Assembly (NCBI GenBank): GCA_965178125.1
Contig: OZ237752.1
Location: 558,001-622,000, forward strand
Origin: Bilabrum cf. latius
Lineage: Eukaryota
Length of the DNA stretch: 64,000 nucleotides
Direction of reading: 5' to 3'
Shown here: one piece after another, positions 38,001 to 48,767 of the stretch
Numbering within the stretch: position 1 is the first letter of the stretch
How the letters are laid out: the number at the start of each line of letters is the position of its first letter
The notes under the pieces: model-generated
The model's input: only the letters and a program-made list of their open reading frames with translations
Told to the model about the DNA's origin: nothing
Databases searched by the model: none
Translations under genes and position numbers: made by a program

Positions 38001-41000
38001 TCACCATGTGGAGAGAGCAGGAGATCAGAACGGTTGCAGAGGAGCATCTCGATAAGCACGTCTCCATCCAACTCCGCAGAATCAAGGAGCAGGTGGCATC
38101 CCGCGCGCAGTGGATCGAGACCTCAGACCCCTCCAAGGTGCAAGGTGCGCACCTGGACGACATCAGGCAGGTTGCTGACCTCGCAGGAGATGAACTCTCC
38201 ACGCAACTGGCGCTCGATGTGGCTAGCAATGCCCGCGGTACTGCCGGCTGGTAGAGAGAGAGAACAAGTCCGGTGCGAACAGGCCATGTGGCAATGTACG
38301 ACGGTCGTGTGGGACAAGAGCAGGTGGCTGCTAGCCCCAGCAATGAGTCGTGCGCGCCAGACTTGCAATCCTTGCAGCTAACGAGAAGCCAGCAGTACCT
38401 TGCGTTCACGCAGGCCGTTCGAGAACTTGGTGATACCATGTCAGCAGGTGCGCGGTGCGAGTTCACGACCTGCGGCACGCGTTGCAGTTGCTGCTGCTGC
38501 TGGCCCTGCTGCCCCCGGTGGGGCCCGGAGCAACTGATTCTCGACGAGGCGTCAGACAGGGCTCTCGACAAGACTAAGCCGGGCACAGCTCCAAGTGAGA
38601 AAGAGACTATCGCTAAGCGACTTCACAAGCTGCGGGTCACCGCACTTAGACGAGGGGCGATGCTGGGGTGGCCCAGGCTGCTTCCAATTCTCCGAAGAAC
38701 GCTGGGAAAGGTTCTCTTACCAGAGACTCACACACGTCAGGACACTGGAGGCGCGGGTGGCTCCAGTTAGGGCTCACAACGACGCAGAGCAGAAGCTGGA
38801 GGAGCCACCGGTGCGTCCACGGGTAGAACTCAAATCAAGTTGACAGATGGCGAGATACAGCAGATGCTCATGTGGGATCTGGGCAATATCAACTCATCTG
38901 ACCCCTACTTTAGGACAAGAGCCCTGAAAGCCGCGCTGCTTGTGGTTGATTCCATCCCGAAGGTGATACCGGCGGCCGAGCTGGGCTGGTTTGACCCTCC
39001 GAAGTGGCTGCATCGGTGCTGTTGCGGCTGTTTGCCAGCGCTGTTGGGACGTTCCAGGGTAGAGAAATCGCTCTTCCTGCTTCATGCATTCGCGCTGGAG
39101 GGCCGCCCAGTCGGGTGCTGCGTGTCTCGGCCTGCCGAAAGCGATCAAGCCATCCAAGGCGTGTCGCCCGAAATTGCTGCCGAGGTGCTCAAGCATGAAT
39201 CCGTGCTGGAGCAATCCATTGATCAGGAGATTGATAGGCTCATACAGAAGATCAAAGCTATTCCCAAGGTAAGCAGCGGCCTTGCTACGGACGAGGCATC
39301 GGGAATCTAGTAGCGTAGTCACAACGATAAATCGGTATGTTGCCATTGCGCCAATATGTGTTGCTTAGGCAGCAGTGCCACGAAGCCAAACGCAAAGCCG
39401 CGATCAGGTCGAGGGACAGAGAGACGGCCACAGCCCGTGCGCGAGTCCTGTCACATCATGGAACACACGCACTGCGGGGCCCTCGACCCATTGCTCTGCA
39501 GGTGCCGCGTGGTAAGGAGCCACGTGGTGGGCAACACGGACCTCATGGCAGTGAGCGCCGCAATAGAAATGGATCGATGGGCTGGCAGTCGCGGCTCTAG
39601 TGCAGGAGCTGCAGCAGTGGGCGATGCTGCGGTGCCAGTCTCCGTGGGGTCCAAGCCTAGATCATTCGATAGCAGCGAAGAAGTATCAAGCGCCGGGACC
39701 CACTCTACGCAAGCTCTGCCGGCATCTGCTCCGCCAACAGACATGTCCGATCACACCAGTACTGACGGTGACTCTGCCACAGCCATATCGCTGATTCCAT
39801 CAGAGATGGGTGGGGAGAAGTCCAGCAGCGAGTAGGCTAGCAGCAGCATCAGCAGAAGCCTCGAGCTTGACTTCTACAAGGCAGTGCAGGCCAGTCAGAT
39901 CGGCACAGCGATGAAGGCAGCACATGGCTCCAAGGAGATCAACAGCGATGATTTCTTTCGCATGGCACTACAAGCTGTAGATGGTGTGAACACATCGCGA
40001 TTTTCTGCTCAGCACGGAGTCGAGCCCTCACATAAGACGCACGTGAACGACCTCGGTGTGGCATACTGGCTGGCAGAGCACCGCGTGCTGGAAGCCCCCG
40101 AGCTGGAAGCAAAGGTCAGGCTCACCATCGCAGAGATGCAAGGCAAGGACCGGTGGTCGTGCCTGTATGGAGTCGCGTCCTTGGCATTTCTCACCGTCCT
40201 CATCTCGTTTGTGCTGTACTTTGTCTTGTCTTTCGGACTCTTCTACACGCCCGATGTCACCAACACGTTCATGGTGGTGTTCTGGCAGGCACAGTTTACG
40301 ACGATTTTCCTGACACAGCCTGTCATGGTGATGATCGTACTACTGTGGACCGTCGGGTTCAGCCCCGAGGCCAGAGAAACGTGCAGCTGGGTCCCGGGAC
40401 TGCTGGCTGCGGGGGCTGGCGTATCCGTAGCTGGCGTTGGCACACTGACAGGCCGCCTCCAGAACATGGTCTTGCTATAGGCTACCGGTGCCACTGCGGG
40501 GCTGGACAGTGCCAGCAGCTTGATGCTCTTCGGGCAGTCCGCGGTCCTCTCCGAGATGCTCGTGGCGAGGTCCAACAGAAGGGGCCAAGGCAGCTCGGCA
40601 GGCCTGTCTTTCGGCTCGGGTTCCCCTCAGGACTCGATCGCAAAGGTGTACGCACGCGTGCGGCACTCGTACGCATCCCGCATAGCTCGTGGTGCCATCC
40701 GGCGCATGCTCGAGGCTAGCGGGTACAGCTGCGAATGGACGAGACGACAGCGTGAAGCCGAGGCATGGCGGACGCGCCTGGCTGTCCTTGCCCGCCTGCA
40801 GGCCGAGCCTTGGCAGCTGGAGAGGCTCGAGCGCAAGGTCAAGCTGCAGGCCAAGGTGATCCTTGGCGATGGAGTGCAGCCCCCAGCGGAACTGTAGCCA
40901 GAGCAGCTTGAGCTTGAAGGCCCAGGGGTTTCGTCTGTTTCGGCACCCAGATCGAAGCGGGATAGCCTCGCCAAGTCCGTGGAGTTGGGCGGCAGTTTCG

Positions 41001-41248
41001 AGAGCTCAGGAGCTGATGTCGCGGCCGGGGAGGACAAGGGGGGTCACTTGCAAGCTGAGTGCGTCAGCACGGCTGCTGCCGCCGATGTTGACGACGCGAA
41101 GGCCTCCTTGGCCACTCCCGACCAGCTGGACACGCTCTAGATGCTACTGCGAAAGAACGCCGTGGCGTTGCACGTTGCGCTACTGGTCACTAGGGGTCTT
41201 GTGCGTCCTGGCGCACGGCTTCCTATGGCCAAGCTCCACTGGAAATGA
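26012..41248 (+). CDS. Giant intronless cell-surface receptor (~5,078 aa): signal peptide, many FG-GAP repeats, REJ-like region, GPS motif, polycystin-1-like TM region
   Basis: About 24 listed ORFs fall in one frame joined by ~38 TAG, with no TAA or TGA until 41246-41248. Has >20 DxDxDG-type FG-GAP loops, S/P/T linkers, NMPPVNGSV, CLTWDPIDLKWTEDGC...CECEGSNDFAS, and HLWCSVWSRFKYDLARFVRL followed by TM helices. Confidence 0.88.
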
Positions 41249-41364
41249 TTCATGGATCGGAGTAAATCAGATTGAATGTTGTAGGTTTTGCTGACTTTAT
41301 CACTGTAGTAGGGCTACGTAATTGATTTAACTGATAATCTTTCGTCGATCATGTTTCGGAATTC

Positions 41365-43504
41365 TCACTGCCCTAACCCTCGCACGACGGCATGGGACGC
41401 ACCTGACCCTTCCAGCACCTCGAGCCGCTGCAGCCGCACGAGAAGCTCACGAAGCCTCCCCGCTTTAGCTGAATCACCTGCACTGATGGCATTCGCCCCT
41501 CTCGTCCCGCTGCCAGTCGACCTAACAACGCGGCCCCTGGCATGCGCACCCGCCCCATGCACGCCGCCCCAGGCAGCGTCCTTGCTCACTCCCTCGACTG
41601 CCTAAGCCAGCAACACAGAAGCACAGCGACCGCTTTCATCCCGAGCGCCCACGCACAAGTCCGCCACAAACTCCTCCTCCTCTTCATCCCCCTCGCCTCC
41701 CTCCCCTGCCTCGATCAGCGCCTCGATGGCCTCCTCGTGGCCACCACTGCACGCCCACATGAGCGCTGTCCAGCCTGTCGTGGGAAATGACGCGCTGGAT
41801 GCAGATGAAGCAGCACTTCTGGCATCGGCGCCGCTGTCCTACCCTTTTGCAAGTTCAGACTATACACCAGCTCCCAGTGCTTTTTCTTCGCTGCCCTTCT
41901 TCGGTGCAGCGGGTCCACCCGAGGCGGCAGCCACGTCCCACCCAGCAGGGTACTGCCTGGCAGAGGGATCTGCTCCGTACAGGAGGAGGTCTCGGACCAC
42001 GTCGCCGTGCCCGCGGGCAGCCGCGTACATGAGCGGGGTAAACCCCGACGAACGTTCGGCGAGGTACATGTCGGCCCTCAGCTTTGTGACGAGCAGCCTA
42101 ACAATGGCCCTCTGTCCCTCGATGCAGGCGGTCATGATGGGCGTTGTGCCCCGGATGTTGGGCGTGTCCACAGGGAGCATGCAGCCGGGGGTGGTGCACA
42201 GCAGTTGAATGCAGCCCGCCCTGCCAGCCTGGCACGCAAACGTGAGGGCAGACCTGAGGCCGTCGGGCTGCGAGGGACGGAGAGAGAGGGTGCATGGGAT
42301 ATGAGCGGCAGCATAGGGGGTGTGCCGGGACGGAGGAGAGCGCACATCGAGTAACGAATAGAGAGAACTGGACTGCTGCAAATGCCAAGCATAGTGCCAC
42401 CTAACGCCAGCTAGAGCTTGACAATAAAGCAATTGCGTACCCTCTCGCGAACGGCAACAGACCAGCGGCAGCAACAGAACCAAAGGGACTCAGAGTCAGA
42501 AATCTCACCGTGAGCGCGGCTGGGTCCGCGCCTGCCTCCAGAAGCACGGATACGACTGAATCCGATCCAAAAGTGCACGCTACCATTAGAGGGGTGCGGC
42601 CGTCGGGCAGCCGAGCGTGCGGGTCCTCCCCTGCCGCGATGAGCTCGGCTGCTGCCCGGCCTGCATCGTGCCTGGCTGCCTCGAAGATAACGGGGCCTGC
42701 GCGGATGCCTGATTTGACCTTGCGCTAGCGCTTGCTGCGGCCTTGATTCTAGGTTGGATCCTCAAAGGTGGGCGTTGTGCCGGGTATGCTGCCGGAAGCT
42801 CCTCCTGGTGCAGCTCCTTTCCCACTGCGATCAGGTGCAGGCCCTGCCCGCGGCAGCTCACCCGCCAACGCGCCGGCTCGGATGAGCTCGCCAACAACAG
42901 CAGGGAAATCATTCCGGATCGCTAGTCGCAGTGCGGACAACCCGTCGTTCCTTTTTGTGAGTACATCTGCGCCCTTGGCGACCAATACCCGAAGGCAATC
43001 CAAGTGCCCACTTTCCGCAGCAAACATTGCTGGAGTGTTGCCGTCGCTTGTCTGGCAGTTTGGTGAGCATCCCGCATCAATTAGCAACAGAGACGAGCCG
43101 GCATGGCCAGAGCCTGCCGCAAGATGCAAGGCGGTCTCTCGTGTTTGAGCAAGTTGCATCCGTGCGCTGGCACCACTCTCCAGCAACAAACGCACCACAG
43201 CATCGTGGCCACCTTGGGCTGCCTAGTGCAAAGCAGAGGTTTGAGAATGTAGGGTTTTCTCGTTTGCAAAAACCTCATCCGTGTGGCTCTACAACCTAGC
43301 TAGAACTTGCTTTACCTTCTCCACGTTGCCAATGGACGCCCATTTACACAACTCAACAAGGCGTTTAGACTATTCTGTAGCAGATGACTATTGCGCTGAC
43401 CTTTCGTGTGAACTGGTGCCCCACACAACCCGATATGCTACAAAAAGCGCTCCGGTTGCACCAAGAGCGGCAGCCAGCGGCCACACGAACTACGATCTAC
43501 TCAT
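41365..43504 (-). CDS. Ankyrin-repeat protein with N-terminal signal anchor; join(42509..43504,41365..42267), 632 aa
   Basis: Repeats SALH[TAG]AAQGGHDAVVRLLL, TALHLAAGSGH, TPAMFAAESGHLDCL, TPLMYAAARGHGDVV and TALMWACSGGH. Intron 42268-42508 (GTGAGA...TCGCAG). About 10 TAG, ends TGA. Confidence 0.9.
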
Positions 43505-43689
43505 TCAAGATTGAGCTACTCGCAGTAAGTGGTCAAAGACTAGTTGATACTACAGTGATTTAGCGACAGTTCGTGCGTGAGTTGATGCAGAATTGCTAAT
43601 ATCGCCCCGGCGGTCATGTTCCAGGGCGCCGCGCAGATATGCCAGTAGCGGAACCATAACCAAAAGACCCCCCGCTAAAAGTGCCGGCC

Positions 43690-44500
43690 ACACAAACGCG
43701 AGAGAGGAGACAGCGACACCAACATCGGGCTTCCTCGTCGGGCCTGCTAGTCGCGGCGCATATACCTGTCCAGCACATACGCGCTCGCTCGGTCAGCAGG
43801 AGTCGCTGCCAATCCTCCACGACGAGCGGTCCCACCGCTCAGTGAAATGAACCACCTTGGCATCGATGAGACCATGCCGCCCCGCAAACCGAGCCCCCTG
43901 GCCCTCTGGTTCTCGCGTTGAGTGCCTGCCCGTGGTCTAGTAGATCACTCGGAAGTGTCTGCGACCTGGTAGGCCTCGATAAACACGCTCGCTCTAGCAC
44001 GTGGCACCGTGGCGAACTGGCATCTTCAGGCTGGACTCGGCTCTGGACAGAGAGCTACGCATGCAGCCAAGACTCGACTTCTTGGGACCTGGCGGCGCGG
44101 ATTGTGGCTCGCGCCACTCCTGCGTACTCTCTGGTGACTGCATCGACTGGAGCGGGTCTGTCGTGCGCAAGCGGAGATGAGGCATCCCAGAGGAGCCTCT
44201 CCACCTGCACTCGCTCAGCCAGTGCCGTCACATGGCTCTGGTTGTGCCCTCCTTCGGTGCCTTCGAGCAAACGAATGACCGCCAGGGATGCGGGACGTGT
44301 CGGCTGCTCCCCAGCCAGCTGCCTCGTCACCCATGCCCGGAGGTCCTTTACCTCCAGGCGCCAGGTTTCAGTGGCCCCACCGCACAGCTCCATACGGGCT
44401 GCCTTCTCGGCTGGGCTGCCCAGGAGTTCTGAAGTGCGGGCTGTGTCCCACACCATGCCATAGCGTGGGGTGACATCAGTTTCCGGAACGGGTGGACGGG
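43690..44500 (-). mobile_element. Degraded internal fragment of an RLE-type non-LTR retrotransposon
   Basis: Frameshifted pieces ATIRAARSQEVESWLHA, GRH...GRHGLIDAKVV and RKPDV appear in the order expected for post-RT region, RH motif and PD nuclease motif. Contains an in-frame TGA. The boundary near 43690 is approximate. Confidence 0.5.
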
Positions 44501-44512
44501 AGGGGATTTTTT

Positions 44513-45199
44513 GGGGATCTGATATTTTGTGGACTCAACTCAAAAGCGCACGCTATCACGAAGAAACATCTGGAACGAGGGCCCGGGACCTACCAGACTT
44601 CACGCTTCAGCTGCAATGGCCTAAACCACCTAAGCTCCACCCTGGGGACCCATTTCCCCATGGGGAGCGTCAGCATTCACGTTCCCTCCGGCGCCCGTTG
44701 CCGGCACCCCGTCCTGCTGCCCGTTCTGAGCCAACCCTGCCTTGACGTTGGCGATCGCCACGGCGAGGTTGTTGTTTTCGGCTGCCCCTACAGCCAGGCT
44801 GGCAAAGTCCTCTCGGATCGCCCTTGCGAGCGCCCGTTTGGCCTTCGCTGCAGCCCTCCTCGATCCCTTCGAGACAAAATCGAGGATCCTTGAGTGGTCC
44901 TGCATGACCCGTGAGTACATAGTGTGGTACACACGCTGTTCCCCGCGCACGTGCTGGTGCTAGGCGGCAACGGAGAGGCGAGCCTTTGCCACGGAAGACC
45001 ACGAGAGGCGCGCGTTGGCCGGACGAGTCGGAACCCGCCGCCCTTTGTCCTCCTGCCTCTTCTTCCGCAGCTTATCGAGCACCTACAGGAACTCGACCGA
45101 CTTCTCCCCGATCCCCCCCAACACGTCCACCACAAAGGGTACGACCCGCACGCCACTGCGTACCGCCCCTTTCTGCGTCCTCACGGTCCCAGGACACCA
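44513..45199 (-). mobile_element. 5'-truncated RLE (CRE-like) non-LTR retrotransposon copy with 12-bp target-site duplication
   Basis: Open frame 45199-44600 with no start codon at its 5' end: GVRVVPFVVDVLGGIGEKSVEFL[TAG]VL...KARLSVAA[TAG]H, resembling the RLE C-terminal PxxxExxGG...RLSxAxQ pattern. Ends TGA plus a short 3' UTR. Flanked by the direct repeat AGGGGATTTTTT at 44501-44512 and 45200-45211. Confidence 0.72.
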
Positions 45200-45270
45200 A
45201 GGGGATTTTTTCAAAACCGTTGTTACGTGTGATTTCAAGAAGTGTAAATAATATTTAATGTCGGGAACGG

Positions 45271-48200
45271 ATGCTGTCCAAAGGCAGTATAGTCCTGGGT
45301 TTGTGGAAAAGACATACTGTCCGCGAAAATAGAATGCAGGTCTCCGCTCCGTAGGAATCGCGGACCAAGTGCTCAGCCCAGATCAATGGTACCAGGCTGC
45401 TTGTGAAGACCATTCCAGCTCTCAAATTATCATCAGAGTGTATCCGCGTCAAGCACAACAAAACCTCGGCGTGGTTTCCGCTTGAGAGAGATTGTATTAC
45501 TTACAACAGGCCAAGTAGAACAGGTACGTACGTCATGCATCATGTTTAATTGGCCGGAGCAAGTTGAACCTGCCGTATAGTTTCACTATTAAACCGCAAC
45601 CCTAGCTCCAATTGCAGGTTCAAAAGGCACCATGATATACGATCTGACGTTATTCATCGAAAACCTTCGAAGTCGCGGTCGACGTCTTGATGATGCTGCT
45701 GGGATCGCTGTGCAGGCGTGGTCAACTGTGACAAGCCGAGCCATTTGGAAACTTGACAAAGCCAAATTTACGACAACAACGCGTGACTGGCCGACTGCTG
45801 GGCAAACCCCCACGGGGAGGGATGCAAAATTGAGCCCGGCGCCCTCGCTGGAGTCCAGTGTAGGCGCAACTACTCGCGGATCTTGGGGCAGCACAAGCGA
45901 GGAGGCCTCATCAGCACCAAGCGGACCGATGGGGCACCGTCGAGGCGGCGGCTCCTCGTGCGTCTCTATTCGAGCACGGGAAGACTATTCCAGAGCCGAC
46001 ACAGGTGCGGGGCGGGAAAGACTCGACTCTCCTGCCCGACAGGCTGCAAAGTTGCACCACCTTGAGGCAGAGAATGCGGAACTGAAGCGACAGCTGCACG
46101 AGGCAAAGAGCGATTTCGCTAGGCGGGATCGTGGGGTGAGGCAGTCCATCGAGCAATTAACCGAATAGCGGGATGAAGCTCGGACACAGCTTGTTGCAAG
46201 CCAGAAGCGGATAGACCAGGTCCATCTCTCCTTCGAGGCGAATGTCAAGCTCGCTAATGACCTCACGAGGCAGCTTAGAGAAGAGAGACGCCAGCATCAT
46301 GAAGCCAAGCAGGAGATAGAGGCTCGTACAGCACAGCAAGGTGAGGAGCGAGCACAAGCCTAGCGCAAGATTGAAGACCTGTAGAAGGCGCTCAGGGAGG
46401 CACGAGAGGATGCACGAGCTGCTCGCACAGCAGGCAGCAGGAGCGGAGCACTTGACCGACTGATGCAACAGGCCCGACTCGACGAGGCTGCCTCCGACAA
46501 GAAGATTACAGAGTACGCAGCCAGCATCCAGAAGCTGCGACAGGAGAGAGATGCAGCCCACGGAGATGCCCAGGACGCCAGGCGGGAGCTCAGCGCACTC
46601 GAGCAGGAGAGGCAGACCCTGCTGGCAGCTCGGTGGCATGCAGATGCTTTGGACGCCGGGGTCCAGCAGCTCAGGACTGAGCTCAAGGCCGCGAAGGAGG
46701 CGGCCGACCAGGCGTTACGAGCCAAGATGGAGGCAGAGTCCGACGCCGACATGCTCAGAGCCGACGCGACAGCCGCGAGACAGGAGGCCCAGCAGGCAGA
46801 GCGAGCTAGGCAGGAGGCGAAGTAGGCCAAGGAGGCTGTGGAAGCCCGGATGCAAACGCTCCGAGACGACCTGCAGGATGTCAGGCAGAAGCTGGACGAG
46901 GAGAGGGAGCGGCCTGGCAGAGGCATGATGTCCCGAGGGGCAGTGCGGGCAGCCCCTCGCCAAGCCGAGCACGGTGGTGGGGCCAGTGGTGCGTCAGCGG
47001 GAGGCATGCAGGACGAGGAGGAAAACGGCTTGGCTGACGAAGGCCTGCGAGCACAGTTGGCCGTGATGAAGGTCGAGCTATTCAAGTCGAAGGAGAGGAT
47101 CGCTGAGCTGGAGGCAGGCAGCAGTGCCGCTGCCGGCTCGCAGGAAGGAGCTGCGAAGGGGACCGCTGGCCGCGACTTCGATGGTTTCGCCTAGAGTGCC
47201 ATCGAGCAAGCAGTTCAAGGTGGAACCGACACAGCTGCAGAGTTGACCACCCTGCAATCCGAGGTCGATGCCCTTAAGCAAACGAACGCCAAGCTCCGGG
47301 CTGACCTCGGGGAGGCCACTGCCCGATGCACTGCGCTAGAGCAGGGCAAGGGGCAGGCAGAGTAGTAGGTAGAGTAGCAGCTCCTGACGCTTCAGGGGAA
47401 ACTGGACGAGACCACTGCCCGATGCACTACACTCAAGTAGGACAAGCATGAGGCTGAAGACGAGTTGAGCTCTCTCAAGCTGGTCCTTTCTACGCAACAA
47501 CAGGACGTCAGTCGTCTGGAAGAAGATATGGCGAAATTGCAAGAAGAGAATGCAGAGCTCAAGAAGCAAGCTGGAAGAGCCGAGAAAGACAATGCCGAGC
47601 TCCAGACCAACATGAAGAGGGCCATGCGAGACGTGGAAGACTTGGAGGATGACCTCGACAATGAGCGGCGGAAGCATGAGGCTGCACTGGGCAACCTGCA
47701 AAGGGCCAACGCCAGGGCCGATCGCGCGGAAGAAGAGACTCGGCAGCTTCGCTAGGCAGTGGGCAAGATGCGGCAGGACAGGCAGGAGGAAGAAGATAGT
47801 GCCCGTCAGCTGCATGACGCCACAGACTAGGCCCTCATTGACAAGGAAGAGGCTGAGCGCAGAGCCGCAGTCGCCCAGCAGCAGGCCGAGGCATCCCGGC
47901 AGGAAGCAGCGCAGGCCCTGGAGAAGGCCCACTACGAGAAGGCAACAGCGCGCGAGGTGCAGGTAGCATGCGAAGATAAGCTCAAGAGGGTCAAGGCAGA
48001 AACCGGCGCAGCCGAAAAGATGCGGGATGCCTTCGCGACCGTGGTCAGGCAGCGGCAAGAAGCCAGGCTGGTGGCGAAGCAGCTGGAGGAGATCGCGGAG
48101 CAGTGGGCCGACAGGGCGGCTTGCATCCCTCACAGCCCAGCGGTGGGGACGCTGGCCGGGGAGGTCGGCTCCAAGATCGTGCTGGAGCCCTGGGTGGAGG

Positions 48201-48406
48201 ACTTTGAGACTGAGAGCGTGGTGGAGGAGGACATGCTTGAGGCAGGCGCGGGAGTGGGGGAGGGAGCAGAGGCAGGCGAACGTGGAGGAGCAGGTCGCGG
48301 GGATGGTCGAGCCGCGGCAGCTCCCCGGCCGCAGTACACCGCTGCCGACCTCGCGATGGGGTTCCTGTCTCATGACGAAATAAATCGGCTCGAGCGTATG
48401 CATTGA
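45271..48406 (+). CDS. Long coiled-coil protein; join(45271..45523,45618..48406), ~1,013 aa
   Basis: E/Q/A/R/L-rich heptads in one frame joined by TAG, including tandem TAG TAG at 47363-47368. Intron 45524-45617 (GTACGT...TTGCAG, phase 1). Ends TGA. Confidence 0.75.
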
Positions 48407-48767
48407 TGGGGCTTGATGGGCGCGTGGGAACGGGCCACGATACCTGACCTTAGCGCACCCCTCATTGCTTGTGCCGGTGCCGTCGGCCGTGCTTGGTGCT
48501 TGAGGAGGCGGCCGTGCTTACCATGTGAGGGCCTCAAGGAGGAGGATCGTTTGGCGGCACGCCGGTGTGACAATGTTTTACTCTTTTTCATTGATGCTCG
48601 CTTTGGATTTCTTTTGACACTTGGTTTTTCGGTTCAAACATTTCCCGGATCTAGCTAGCATAGTCTCAATGACGAGTGCAGAGCAAGCACAGCATGCAGC
48701 AAAGCCCCAAGGCCACGAATCACCACGTAGCTGGAACATCTTCGGATCAAATCCAAATCTTGCATGT

